From: Candidatus Bathyarchaeia archaeon
GTDB taxonomy: Archaea > Thermoproteota > Bathyarchaeia > Bathyarchaeales > Bathycorpusculaceae
Assembly (NCBI GenBank): GCA_038882975.1
Contig: JAVZNE010000003.1
Span: forward strand, 1 to 64,000
Direction of reading: 5' to 3'
DNA: 64,000 nucleotides
The notes under the pieces were generated by a model. That model had not been told where the DNA came from and did no database searches. It worked only from the letters and a program-made list of their open reading frames with translations. Positions 9,002 through 18,983 of the stretch are shown here, in pieces; position 1 is the first letter of the stretch, and every line of letters starts with the position of its first letter. The translations under genes were made by a program, and so were the position numbers.

Positions 9002-10615
9002 CTAGAACAGTTTTGACATATATGGCCCATCATAACGGTATCCAAATCGTTTATAATATCCCTTCGTTCCCAAGGCACTTATAACCAAGATTTTCTTTAA
9101 ACCATATTCCTCTTTCGTTGTGCGTTCTGCTTCGCTCAGTAGGATTGCGCCATAGCCTTTGTGTTGCCATGCTTTGGGCAGTTTTTTGCCTACTGGCACA
9201 ACTGGTCCGTAAACGTGGAGTTCTCGGATTATGCTGCATGGCTCCGCCCTTATTTCTGGTCTGTGCGCCTTCTCTGATGGAATTCTAAGCCTTAAATAGC
9301 CTATTAAAACGTCGTTTTCCTTGTCTTCTGCTGATATGAAGATTTCTTCGCCTTCAGAAGCCTCATAACGCGTTGCCAAGATTTCCACTTTTTCCGGGTT
9401 TGGTTTTATGCCGTCTGCTAAAAGGCGGTGTCCAACCTCTCGGCATCTTATGCACCGGCATCGTAAGCCTTGTTCTTTTAGTTTTTGTTGGACAAGCTGG
9501 CGGAGGTTGCTCATTTTAACGCCAGCCACTATTAATGGTGCTGGTATGTCGCGTTGAACCCGCATTATGCGAACCCAAGGCGGAATCATCTTCTTAACTT
9601 CAACTATTAGGTTGGCTGCCTCCTCAGTTGTGTAGGGCTTATAATCACCCCGCTCATACCATTCATAGGCTTTTGTGCCCTTCAAAACTAGGCATGGGTA
9701 AATCTTAATCATGTCAGGCTTATAGGCTGGATTGGAGAAGATTTCACGGAAAACAGCCAAATCCCTCTCCATGCTGGATCCCGGCAAGCCTGGCATCATG
9801 TGATAAACAATCTTTAACCCGGCATCCTTCAATATGCGCGTAGCCTCAACCACATCTTGAACCGAATGTTTTCTGCCAACAAGGCGGTAAATCTCATCAT
9901 CGAGGTTTTGGACGCCTAGCTCAACGCGTGTGACGCCCATGTCCAGCATCTTATCCACATGCCTCTCCTTAGCCCAGTCTGGACGAGTCTCCACAGTAAT
10001 CCCAACATTACGGATACGGCTAGTTTCAGCTAACCGCTTAGCCTCTTCCAAACTCTGCGCATCCACACCACTTATGGCGTCTAAACAACGCTTAACAAAC
10101 CATTTTTGGTACTCTTCTGGCGTAGCTGGAAAAGTCCCACCCATAATTATAAGCTCAACCTTGTCCACCGCATGCCCAATAGCCCCCAACTGTTCAAGGC
10201 GACTCCTAACCTGCAAATAAGGGTCAAAAGCATGCTGCAAACCCCGCATTGCGGCAGGCTCAAAACCAGTATAGCTCTGAGGAACACCAAAAGGCGGACC
10301 CCCAGGACAGTAAGCACAAGGCTCTGACTGGGGACATGGATAAGGCTGAGTCATAACAGCCACAACAGTCACACCGGAAACTGTCCTTGTAGCCTTACGT
10401 CTCAAAACAGGCAAAAGCTTACGCCTCTCCTCATCACCCCTAAGAAAGGCTATTATTTCAGGGTTTGAGGGAATCTTGCCAAGACGGAATTTAGCCGCAA
10501 CCCTCACCTTAACACGGTTAACATCATCTGGGCTAGGTGAAGGAATCCGCATCAAGCTTTCGACTATTTCCCGCAAGGCACTTCCGATTTCGCAGCCCAC
10601 TTCAACTGCAACCAA
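9002..10615 (-). CDS. elp3: tRNA U34 carboxymethyltransferase Elp3 (radical SAM + GNAT)
   Basis: CPQSEPCAYCPGG, QSYTGFEPA, ETRPD, RVQRDIP, RELHVYG, QHKGYG. Confidence 0.97.
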   Translation of the reverse strand: MVAVEVGCEIGSALREIVESLMRIPSPSPDDVNRVKVRVAAKFRLGKIPSNPEIIAFLRGDEERRKLLPVLRRKATRTVSGVTVVAVMTQPYPCPQSEPCAYCPGGPPFGVPQSYTGFEPAAMRGLQHAFDPYLQVRSRLEQLGAIGHAVDKVELIIMGGTFPATPEEYQKWFVKRCLDAISGVDAQSLEEAKRLAETSRIRNVGITVETRPDWAKERHVDKMLDMGVTRVELGVQNLDDEIYRLVGRKHSVQDVVEATRILKDAGLKIVYHMMPGLPGSSMERDLAVFREIFSNPAYKPDMIKIYPCLVLKGTKAYEWYERGDYKPYTTEEAANLIVEVKKMIPPWVRIMRVQRDIPAPLIVAGVKMSNLRQLVQQKLKEQGLRCRCIRCREVGHRLLADGIKPNPEKVEILATRYEASEGEEIFISAEDKENDVLIGYLRLRIPSEKAHRPEIRAEPCSIIRELHVYGPVVPVGKKLPKAWQHKGYGAILLSEAERTTKEEYGLKKILVISALGTKGYYKRFGYRYDGPYMSKLF

Positions 10616-10664
10616 TAAAAATGGGTGAAAAGAGGCAAATAAACCAAACTTTAAATTTCAGAGA

Positions 10665-12233
10665 CTAAAGGCGAGAATAAACAATTTTCCCACCAACAAT
10701 AGTCATCTCAACCCTAATGTTCCTAATTTCGTCAGACGCCACCCTAAACGGGTCGTCTGAAAGCACAGTTAAATCCGCAAACCTCCCAACCTCAATAATC
10801 CCCATTCTCGCTTCATCAAAAGAGGCATAAGCAGCATTCAAAGTGTAAGTTTTAAGGGCTTCCTCAACAGTCAAGCTCTCCTCACAGAAGCTTTTCCTGG
10901 CAACGGCAGCCCAAACCCCAAGAAGCGGATTTATAGGTTCAACCGGACAGTCAGAACCAGAAGCCACCACAATGCCCGCCTTCAACAAAGTCTTGAAGGG
11001 GTAAACCCAACGAGCCCTTTCAGAGCCAACACGGTCAACTACCCAAAAATCAGAAACAATGAAGTGGGGCTGGACAGAGGCAATCAAGCCAAGCCTTTTC
11101 ATGCGCCTAATAAGCCTCGGATTAAGCACCGAGCAGTGCTCAATTCTATGCCTATGATCTTTCCGCGGAAACCTCTTCAAAGCTTTAGAAAACGCCTCTA
11201 AAACTGATTCTATGGCTTTGTCGCCTATGGCGTGGACAGCCAACTGCCAACCAGCCCTATGCGCCCTTAAAACAAGCTTGTTAAGCCTACGCTGCGAATA
11301 AATTAGCATGCCGCTTGTTTCAGGCTTGTCGGTATAAGGCTGTTTTAAGGCGGCTGTCCGCGCTCCAAGAGAACCATCAGCCAAAATCTTAACAAAACCA
11401 AGACGAACCATATCATTCCCAAAACCACTAACCAAACCAAGCCCCAAAAGCTCATCTAAAAGCTTCACAGGAATTCCCAAATAAACCCGTAGTGGCAGTT
11501 TTCCCTCATTGTAAAGTTTCTGAATAATGCGTATCTCATCAGCTGAATCAACAATCCAGTGTACGCCTGTCAAGCCATTCTCAACAGCGTCACGACAAGC
11601 CTGCACACAAGCCTCTTCCAGCTCCGCCACACTCGGCTTCGGCACAACCCTCCAAACAAGGTTTAGGGCGTTCTCCCTCAGAACCCCATTCGGCTCGCCG
11701 CTAGCAGCATCCTTGTCTACAGCACCGCCCTTCACAAAGGTTTCTCTTCCTATCCCAGCCAGCTCCAAGGCTTTAGTGTTTGCAACACCAATGTGCCCAC
11801 AAACCCTGACAAGAAAGACTGGCTTATCCTTGACAGCCTCATCCAAATCCCAACGCGTCGGAAGCCGCCTCTCCTTGAAAAGCTCATGGTCCCACCTTCC
11901 GCCGAGAATCCAACCCTTCTCCGGATTTTCCTCCGCATACTCACGAATTTTCCGCTTCATCTCCTCTATAGAGGAGACATTCCGCAGGTCCAACGTCTGC
12001 AAGTGCTGCCCAAAACCCGTCATGTGCACGTGGCAATCCACAAAACCCGGAACAACAGTTTTGCCACCCACATCCAAAACCCTTGTTTCATCACCCATGT
12101 ATTTGCGGATTTCAGCCTCAAGGCCAACAGCCACTACCCTGCCATCACGGACAGCTAAGGCTTCAGCCCTAGGCTGCTCCGCGTTCAAAGTAATAATATT
12201 GGCATTTAAAATAACAACATCTGCACACCGCAT
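10665..12233 (-). CDS. Amidohydrolase family 3 (YtcJ-like)
   Basis: PGFVDCHVH, KILADGSLGARTA, HAIGD, HRIEHC, GSDCPV. Confidence 0.9.
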   Translation of the reverse strand: MRCADVVILNANIITLNAEQPRAEALAVRDGRVVAVGLEAEIRKYMGDETRVLDVGGKTVVPGFVDCHVHMTGFGQHLQTLDLRNVSSIEEMKRKIREYAEENPEKGWILGGRWDHELFKERRLPTRWDLDEAVKDKPVFLVRVCGHIGVANTKALELAGIGRETFVKGGAVDKDAASGEPNGVLRENALNLVWRVVPKPSVAELEEACVQACRDAVENGLTGVHWIVDSADEIRIIQKLYNEGKLPLRVYLGIPVKLLDELLGLGLVSGFGNDMVRLGFVKILADGSLGARTAALKQPYTDKPETSGMLIYSQRRLNKLVLRAHRAGWQLAVHAIGDKAIESVLEAFSKALKRFPRKDHRHRIEHCSVLNPRLIRRMKRLGLIASVQPHFIVSDFWVVDRVGSERARWVYPFKTLLKAGIVVASGSDCPVEPINPLLGVWAAVARKSFCEESLTVEEALKTYTLNAAYASFDEARMGIIEVGRFADLTVLSDDPFRVASDEIRNIRVEMTIVGGKIVYSRL

Positions 12234-12275
12234 AACCTAAAATAAAAGCCTAAAGAAGGATAAAAGGTTTAAATG

Positions 12276-12437
12276 CTAAATCCAGTTCTGCCCAGGTTTC
12301 CTCTGAAGCATAATCCGCTTCTCATAATTACGCCTATTCCTAAACCTAGGCGCAGCCCTCTTCTTATCCAGAGGCTGAACCTTAGGCGTCTGAGAACGAA
12401 CCTTCCCAGCCTTCGAAAGCGAACCATGAGTGGGCAC
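12276..12437 (-). CDS. rps30e: 30S ribosomal protein eS30
   Basis: Missed by ORF track (53 aa). From GTG 12437: MPTHGSLSKAGKVRSQTPKV...RNRRNYEKR; upstream GGAGG. Confidence 0.95.
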   Translation of the reverse strand: MPTHGSLSKAGKVRSQTPKVQPLDKKRAAPRFRNRRNYEKRIMLQRKPGQNWI

Positions 12438-12494
12438 TTAAGCAAACCCTCCGAAAACCATAATCGGAACAGTAACTCTTAAACCTTTTCATGA

Positions 12495-12508
12495 AAAGCC
12501 TTTAATAG
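12495..12508 (+). promoter_or_regulatory. Possible BRE/TATA element near tRNA-Leu
   Basis: AAAAGCCTTTAATA: purine run followed by TTTAATA. It lies closer to the tRNA 5' end than a typical archaeal TATA, so the assignment is tentative. Confidence 0.35.
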
Positions 12509-12519
12509 CGGATAAAAGG

Positions 12520-12604
12520 GCAGGGGTTGCCGAGCCTGGTCAAAGGCGCAGGCTTCAGGAGCCTGTCCCGTAGGGGTTCGTGGGTTCAAATCCCACCCCC
12601 TGCA
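12520..12604 (+). tRNA. tRNA-Leu(CAG), no intron
   Basis: GCAGGGG/CCCCTGC acceptor, anticodon arm CAGGC-TTCAGGA-GCCTG, long variable arm, GTTCAAATC T-loop, A73. Confidence 0.95.
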
Positions 12605-12772
12605 CTTAGTCAGAACCTACGGTTCCGACACCTCCCTAATTGGTTTTGGTTTGTGGTTGCTTAGGAGAAGCTATGGGAAAGCAACTTTTCTGTCGGCAAT
12701 TTTTAGCGGAAACATCATTATTATAAATATAGAAACTTAAATAATGATTTGACGTGGCTGTAGGGTGTCGGT

Positions 12773-13462
12773 ATGAGCGGGGATGTTATTTGTGCTTTAA
12801 GGGAAAGGTTGGTGAATGTTGGCAAGCAACTGTGTAATTGGGGTCTCGTCGTTGGAACTGAGGGAAATATTAGTGCGCGAATTCCTGGAACGGATAAGGT
12901 TTTGATAAAGCCTTCGGGCGTTTCTATGGGTTCTTTGAAGACTGAAGATTTCATTGTTGTCGATTTAGATGGGAATAAGGTTGAGGGTGTGTTGGCGCCT
13001 TCGATAGAGACGCCTTTGCATACGGCGATTTACCGTGTGAGAAGTGATGTTCAAGGGGTTGTTCACACACATGCCCCGTTTGCCACAGCTTTCGGGATAG
13101 CTGGAATTGAGATAATTCCGTTGCAGGTGGAAATGTTTCTGTATATTCCGAACGGTGTTCCAATAGTGCCTTTTGAGTTGCCCGGCTCTAAAGCGCTTGC
13201 TGAGGCTGTTCAAAAGCTGATTAGGGATTTTAACGCTGTTATTTTGGAGAACCATGGCATAATAACTGTTGGCTCGGCAGTTGAGGAGGCATGCCTCTTA
13301 AACAGGATGGTGGAGGAATGCGCTAAAGTTCAGTTTGTCGCCACAATGCTTGCTGGAAAAGATGCTGTAAGCTGGGAAGCTTTAAAGAGAAAGCTTCAGT
13401 CCAAGATTGGAAGCGCGGATTTGGAGGCTCTTAAGAGCAAGTTTAAGGTTTTTAGGATTTAG
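12773..13462 (+). CDS. Class II aldolase/adducin family (FucA/MtnB-like)
   Basis: GTEGNISAR, KPSG, PSIE (catalytic Glu), VVHTH and LENHG metal-binding His triad. Confidence 0.92.
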   Translation: MSGDVICALRERLVNVGKQLCNWGLVVGTEGNISARIPGTDKVLIKPSGVSMGSLKTEDFIVVDLDGNKVEGVLAPSIETPLHTAIYRVRSDVQGVVHTHAPFATAFGIAGIEIIPLQVEMFLYIPNGVPIVPFELPGSKALAEAVQKLIRDFNAVILENHGIITVGSAVEEACLLNRMVEECAKVQFVATMLAGKDAVSWEALKRKLQSKIGSADLEALKSKFKVFRI

Positions 13463-14703
13463 CCCTTGGTTTTCGCTGTTTCCTTAAGCAGTAGGCAAAG
13501 CGCCAAGGCAATTATGTCTAATATGAATATGGATATGACTGAAAGGTAGTAGGGGTTTGACGGGTAGAGGTTTTCTGTGGCGGATTTAATAGCGTCCATG
13601 AAGAAGATGAAGATTACTGAGCCAGCTTGGGAGAATAGCCAAAGAAAGCTTGATGCACTTCCAGCCAAGGCTGAACCGACGATTTCAGCTGACATTTCTA
13701 GGCCTATTGGTAGGGCTGACATGAGGAAGAATCCCAAAATAAAGCCCATCACAGCCAAAATTGGGAAATCGCCGGTTTCAGCAAAAAAGTAAAGCGTGAC
13801 TGCGGCAACCGCTAAATCTATAACTATGAAGGGTTTCCTCCGTGCTGTTTTGTCGGAAATTCCGGGGATGGCCAGAGAACCGAATATTCCTCCAATAATT
13901 ATTATCCCGCCGATTAGCCCGGCGTCTGTGGCACTTAATCCCCGCGTGTTTAAGATTGTTTCCAGCCATGTGAGCAGTGCTGTGAAAAGTCCAACTCCGA
14001 TAAAGAATAGGGCTTCAAGGATTATGAAATCCTTTTTGCCAAAGAACCCCCTAATTTCCTTAAGTGAGATTGATGCCTTAACCTCTTCTGTTGGCGCTTC
14101 ATGATGGGTGAATTTTGGTTTTTCCCTAGCTAGGATGATGAAGAGTGCTGCGCTTATTACGGATATTGCAGCATAAATTACAAGCATATTCGTTAATAAT
14201 GTGATGTCTGGCGTTGGCACAAGAAAAGGTGTGAGCATCATAGCCACTATCATTCCAATGTATTGGCCCATTATGCCGATTCCCGTGGCTAATGCACGTT
14301 CTTCAAAGGGGAACCATAGTGTTACAAGTTTTGATATGGCGTTGAAGACGAATGGCTGACCCAGTGCGGCGAAAGATTGGAAGATGAGAAGTATTGTAAA
14401 GTTTTCTCCGGAAAGGATTCGCAAAACAGCGGAAACAGCCATTATTAGGGCTCCTATTGAAACCCCAAACTTGAAGCCCTTTTTGTCTATGAGTATTCCG
14501 GCTGGAATGGAGACTGGTATGAAGAGCAAAGGCCAAACCATTGATAAGAGTCCAACGTCGGATTCTGCTACTCCGAATATGGACGTCATTATAGGCCTTG
14601 TTATTGGAGCAAAGTTTAGCCAAAGAATTTGGGAAACCACAGCCACAAGCATGTATGTGAACAGGACAACCCAACGGTAAGGGTGAACTTCTGACTTTTC
14701 CAT
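13459..14703 (-). CDS. MFS transporter
   Basis: About 12 hydrophobic segments, motif A GILIDKKG, WFPFEERALATG. Confidence 0.92.
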   Translation of the reverse strand: MEKSEVHPYRWVVLFTYMLVAVVSQILWLNFAPITRPIMTSIFGVAESDVGLLSMVWPLLFIPVSIPAGILIDKKGFKFGVSIGALIMAVSAVLRILSGENFTILLIFQSFAALGQPFVFNAISKLVTLWFPFEERALATGIGIMGQYIGMIVAMMLTPFLVPTPDITLLTNMLVIYAAISVISAALFIILAREKPKFTHHEAPTEEVKASISLKEIRGFFGKKDFIILEALFFIGVGLFTALLTWLETILNTRGLSATDAGLIGGIIIIGGIFGSLAIPGISDKTARRKPFIVIDLAVAAVTLYFFAETGDFPILAVMGFILGFFLMSALPIGLEMSAEIVGSALAGSASSFLWLFSQAGSVIFIFFMDAIKSATENLYPSNPYYLSVISIFILDIIALALCLLLKETAKTKG

Positions 14704-14816
14704 GCTTCTTCTGTTTTCGGTGCTTGCATTGATATGTTTTGCTGTTTATCAAGCTCCATAAATGCTAAATAATCCTTAAAGCTGAAACACTAATCTCTGG
14801 AAGGCTGGTATGCGGC

Positions 14817-16046
14817 TTGAAAGTTACTGTTTTAGGCGGAGCTGGAACCATTGGTAGCATGGCCACTAGAATTCTCGCATCAAGCGGAATGTTTTCAGAA
14901 GTTATCATTGGAGACGTTGCCTTTGAGAGGGCGAAAAAGCTTGCCTCAGAAATAGGCGTTAAAGGAGTTTCAGCGGTAAAAATTGACGTCACAGATTCAG
15001 GTAGGCTTCAGAAGACGATTAAGGGGTCTGATGTAATACTGAGCTGTGTGGGCCCCTTCTACAAGTATGCCCCAATAGTTTTGAAAGCCTCCATTATGGC
15101 GGGAGTAAACCATGTGGACATATGCGATGATGTTGATGCAACCGAGGCCTTGCTGAAAATGGACGCTGAAGCAAAAAAGGCTGGGATTTCAGCGCTTATA
15201 GGCATGGGGAGCTCCCCTGGAGTGGCAAATGTTCTCGTTAAGTTCTGTGCAGACATGCTCTTGGACGAGGTGGAAGCCATAGACATTTACCATGCTCATG
15301 GGGGAGAAGAAACCGAAGGACCAGCGGTTGTAAAGCATAGAATACACTCCATGATAATACCGGTGCCAATGTTTCTTGACGGTGAATTTAAAACCGTTAA
15401 GGTTTTGGAGGAAAGCGGCAAAGCCTTGGAGGAAGACGTTGAGTTTGCAGATGTCGGAACCTATAGGGTTTATGCCTACCCACACCCTGAAACGATAACC
15501 CTTCCAAGGTATATTAAGGGGGTTCGCAGAGTTACAAACCTCGGCTTGGTTTTGCCCCCGTCCTATGCAGAACTCATTAAGGGCATTGTGCGTCTTGGAA
15601 TGACGAGCGAAGAACCCATAGAAGTTAATGGAAAGAGGATTGCACCCATAGACTTTGCAGTGGCTTTTGCACTACATCAAAGACCAAAATTGTTGAAGGA
15701 AGCCGGGATAACAGAGCCTATGGGATGCCTAAAAATAGTTGTTAAGGGCAGGAAGAAGGGACAGCCAAGCACATATGTATTTTCGATGTCTTCAAGGGGC
15801 ATGGGAATGCGGGAAGGAACCGGAGTGCCAGCAGCTTTGGGCACCATGCTTATGGCTATGGGAAAGATAAAGCTGAAGGGTGTTTTCCCACCTGAAGCCG
15901 CCGTAGACCCAATTGAGTTGTTTACGCTTGCCAAGGAGAAGATAAGGATAGGTGGAACTGTAGGCTTACCAATCCGCGTTGAGCACATCGATAAGAATGG
16001 AAAGGTTCACAAGTTAAGTTTGGAGTCGCTGGTTAAAGGGCCTTGA
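14817..16046 (+). CDS. Saccharopine dehydrogenase-like NAD(P)-dependent oxidoreductase
   Basis: VLGGAGTIG Rossmann motif, SCVGPFY, HVDICDD, GMGSSPG, HPETITLP, GVFPPE. Confidence 0.88.
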   Translation: MKVTVLGGAGTIGSMATRILASSGMFSEVIIGDVAFERAKKLASEIGVKGVSAVKIDVTDSGRLQKTIKGSDVILSCVGPFYKYAPIVLKASIMAGVNHVDICDDVDATEALLKMDAEAKKAGISALIGMGSSPGVANVLVKFCADMLLDEVEAIDIYHAHGGEETEGPAVVKHRIHSMIIPVPMFLDGEFKTVKVLEESGKALEEDVEFADVGTYRVYAYPHPETITLPRYIKGVRRVTNLGLVLPPSYAELIKGIVRLGMTSEEPIEVNGKRIAPIDFAVAFALHQRPKLLKEAGITEPMGCLKIVVKGRKKGQPSTYVFSMSSRGMGMREGTGVPAALGTMLMAMGKIKLKGVFPPEAAVDPIELFTLAKEKIRIGGTVGLPIRVEHIDKNGKVHKLSLESLVKGP

Positions 16047-17596
16047 AAGGGAAATACGTACTCGCCCACGACACTGGAACAACAAGCAATAAGGCTGTGC
16101 TGGTGCGCTTAGACGGCGAAATAGTTGGGCATGCTTCCGCAGAATATCCCGTATATTATCCAAAAAGTGGATACGCAGAACAAAAACCATCAGACTGGTG
16201 GAACGCCGTCACAAAAACCACGAGAGACCTTCTTGAAAAGACAAATGTTGAGCCCTCTGACATTGCCGCTGTCACCTTCACAACGCAAATGTCTGGGACA
16301 CTTCCAGTGGACAGCAACGGCGAGCCGCTTATGCCGTGCATGATATGGCTTGACACTAGAGCAAAAGAGCAAGCCGAGAAAATGAGCAAGGGATTGATAA
16401 AAATCGCCGGGTATGGGCTTCTCACCCTTATAAGATTTCTAAGCATAACCGGCGGGATTTACGGGCATGTTGGGAAAGATCCCATATGCAAAATCTTATG
16501 GGTTAAGGAAGAACAGCCAAAAATTTACGCTGAAACCTACAAGTTCCTCGACTGTAAAGACTACCTAGTTTACAAGTGCACTGGAAACTTCGTAATAAGC
16601 CGGGACTACGCCAACATCTGGTGGATGATGGACACAAGAAAGGGAAGATTCAACTGGTCAGAAACAATTCTCAAAAAATACGGGATAGACAGAGCCAAAC
16701 TTCCAGAAATAATGAAGGCAACAGACATCGCTGGCAAACTTACACCAGAGGCGGCAGCAGAAATGGGCTTGATGGAAGGCACACCAGTGGTTGTTGGAGC
16801 TGGCGACGTGGCTTCAGCAGCCGTAGGCTCCGGAGCTGTAAAAGAGGGGAAAATCCACGCCTACATTGGAACAAGCGACTGGCTTGGCTGCCACCTCTCA
16901 GAAAGAAAGAAGGACCTGTTTCATTACATCGGCAGTATCTGCAGTGCAAACCCAGAAATGTACCTTTGCGTAGCCGAACAAGAGACAGCTGGAGCATGCC
17001 TAGACTGGTTAAAAAACACAATGTTCAAGGAAAGTCGAGGAGACATCTATGAACTTTTCAGCGAAATGGCAAAAAAAGTTAACCCAGGCGCAGACGGCTT
17101 AATATTTACGCCCTGGCTTTTCGGCGAAAGAGCCCCACTGGACGACCCGACAGTTAGGGGAGGCTTCCACAACCTAAGCCTCGAACACACGCGGGAGCAC
17201 ATGGTTCGGGCAGTGTTTGAAGGTGTAGCCCTAAACATGAAATGGGCTTTGTTCTACATGGAAAAACTCGCTGGAAAAGCCGAAAGCATAAACATAATAG
17301 GTGGAGGTGCCATATCAAACGTTTGGTGCCAAATATTCGCAGACGCCCTAAACAGAACCATCAAAAGGGTCGCCGAACCAAAGGAAGCCGGTGCAAGAGG
17401 CGCCGCAATAATAGCTATGATAGCATTAGGCCATATCAAGAGCTTCGAAGATGCGGAGAAGCTGGTGAAAATAGATGCAGTTTATGAGCCGAATCCCCAA
17501 AATGTTGCCATTTATGAGAAAGTCTTCAAAGAGTTTAAAACTATTTACAAGAACAATAGGCAAATGTACCGGAGGCTAAACTTGAAATTCGAATAA
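16043..17596 (+). CDS. FGGY-family carbohydrate kinase (xylulokinase-like)
   Basis: HDTGTTSNKA, AEQ..DWW, IWLDTRA, GAGD, PWLFGERAP, RAVFEGVA, IGGGA. Confidence 0.93.
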   Translation: MKGKYVLAHDTGTTSNKAVLVRLDGEIVGHASAEYPVYYPKSGYAEQKPSDWWNAVTKTTRDLLEKTNVEPSDIAAVTFTTQMSGTLPVDSNGEPLMPCMIWLDTRAKEQAEKMSKGLIKIAGYGLLTLIRFLSITGGIYGHVGKDPICKILWVKEEQPKIYAETYKFLDCKDYLVYKCTGNFVISRDYANIWWMMDTRKGRFNWSETILKKYGIDRAKLPEIMKATDIAGKLTPEAAAEMGLMEGTPVVVGAGDVASAAVGSGAVKEGKIHAYIGTSDWLGCHLSERKKDLFHYIGSICSANPEMYLCVAEQETAGACLDWLKNTMFKESRGDIYELFSEMAKKVNPGADGLIFTPWLFGERAPLDDPTVRGGFHNLSLEHTREHMVRAVFEGVALNMKWALFYMEKLAGKAESINIIGGGAISNVWCQIFADALNRTIKRVAEPKEAGARGAAIIAMIALGHIKSFEDAEKLVKIDAVYEPNPQNVAIYEKVFKEFKTIYKNNRQMYRRLNLKFE

Positions 17597-17659
17597 AGCA
17601 TACATATACATATTTATTACCGCAACAATTCATCTATCAGTTGGCTGATTTGGTGAAGT

Positions 17660-18973
17660 TTGATGTCGGAAGAAATTGAAGCCCTTCCATTAGCCTTGCC
17701 AGAAGGAATAGACCCGGAAAAATATGTGATAGCCACCTATTATATGGCTGTTCCAAGAGACTGGCCTGTGGACAAGATTGCCATGGCCGTGGCTGTTGAA
17801 CAAAGCACTGGGACGTGGATTCGTGTTCCAGGCGAAACTATTGAGCTGCGGAAAAGGCACATAGCCAAAGTAATTGCCATAAACGAGGTTCCAGATTTTG
17901 AGTATGAGGTTCCAGCTGATGTAAAGTTGAGGCGGTATATTGTTCAGATAGCCTATCCCTACGAGAATTTCATGAATGAAATTTCCATGCTTTTGACAAC
18001 AGTTATTGGCAACATTTCTATGGCTGGAAGGCTGAAGCTTGTTGATTTAACCTTTCCAAAAAGCTACCTTGAAATGTTCAAAGGCCCAAAATTCGGCGTT
18101 CAAGGATTAAGGGAATACTTGAAAATTGAGAAGAGACCTTTACTAAACAACATGATTAAGCCATGTACTGGTTATCCACCGGAAGTTGGCGCAAAACTTG
18201 CTTACGAGGCTTTGGTGGGTGGAGCAGACTTTGTTAAGGACGATGAACTTTTGGCCAATGCACCCTTCAACACCGTGGAAGACAGAATTGTAAAGTACAT
18301 GGAGGTTGTTGACAAGGCTGCCCAAGAAACTGGAGAAAAGAAAATGTATACGATAAATGTGACGGCGGACGCACCGAAAATCTTCGAGTTTGCAGAGAAA
18401 GTTATAGAGCTCGGAGCCAACGCAATAATGGTTAACCACCTAGTGGCAGGCATAGGTGTTTTAAAGGCTTTAGCTGAAGACCCAAGCATAAAGGTTCCAA
18501 TTTTAGGTCACATGGACTTCGCCGGAGCTATCTACGAGGACCCAGAGTCAGGTATGTCATCCCACTTAACCCTGGCGAAGCTTCCGAGACTTGCGGGTGC
18601 AGACATACTTGTTTATCCGGCGCCTTATGGGAAACAACCCTTCTTCTTAAAAGAGAAGTACTTGAAAACTGGCAGAACCATGCTATTCCCGATGCATAAC
18701 ATCAAGCCAATGTTGCCCATGCCATCAGGCGGAATAACGCAGCTCCATGTTCCACAGCTTATAAGCGATTTAGGCACAGACATAGCCATCGGAGCCGGCG
18801 GGGCTATTCACGCCCACCCAATGGGTCCAAAAGCTGGTGCAAAAGCCTTTAGGCAAGCCATAGAAGCCACAATGAACAGGATTCCACTGGAACAGTATGC
18901 CGAACAACATCCAGAACTGAAAGCCGCCATAGAAGCCTGGAAAGCCGGACCAGTCTCGCTACTTCTCGAATAG
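17660..18973 (+). CDS. rlp: RuBisCO-like protein (form IV)
   Basis: AVEQSTGTW, IGN, MIKPCTG, GADFVKDDE, GHMD, YGK, PSGG, GGAIHAHP. Positions equivalent to K177 and R295 are substituted, so this is not a form I-III carboxylase. Confidence 0.95.
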   Translation: MMSEEIEALPLALPEGIDPEKYVIATYYMAVPRDWPVDKIAMAVAVEQSTGTWIRVPGETIELRKRHIAKVIAINEVPDFEYEVPADVKLRRYIVQIAYPYENFMNEISMLLTTVIGNISMAGRLKLVDLTFPKSYLEMFKGPKFGVQGLREYLKIEKRPLLNNMIKPCTGYPPEVGAKLAYEALVGGADFVKDDELLANAPFNTVEDRIVKYMEVVDKAAQETGEKKMYTINVTADAPKIFEFAEKVIELGANAIMVNHLVAGIGVLKALAEDPSIKVPILGHMDFAGAIYEDPESGMSSHLTLAKLPRLAGADILVYPAPYGKQPFFLKEKYLKTGRTMLFPMHNIKPMLPMPSGGITQLHVPQLISDLGTDIAIGAGGAIHAHPMGPKAGAKAFRQAIEATMNRIPLEQYAEQHPELKAAIEAWKAGPVSLLLE

Positions 18974-18983
18974 AATAGCGTCT

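Noticed and set aside
12520-12604. tRNA-Sec (TCA visible in the anticodon loop, long variable arm)
   Set aside because: The 7-nt loop TT-CAG-GA centres on CAG; the 7-bp acceptor and A73 fit Leu.
17660-18973. CO2-fixing form III RuBisCO
   Set aside because: K177 and R295 equivalents are substituted, and no AMP phosphorylase or ribose-1,5-bisphosphate isomerase is nearby.
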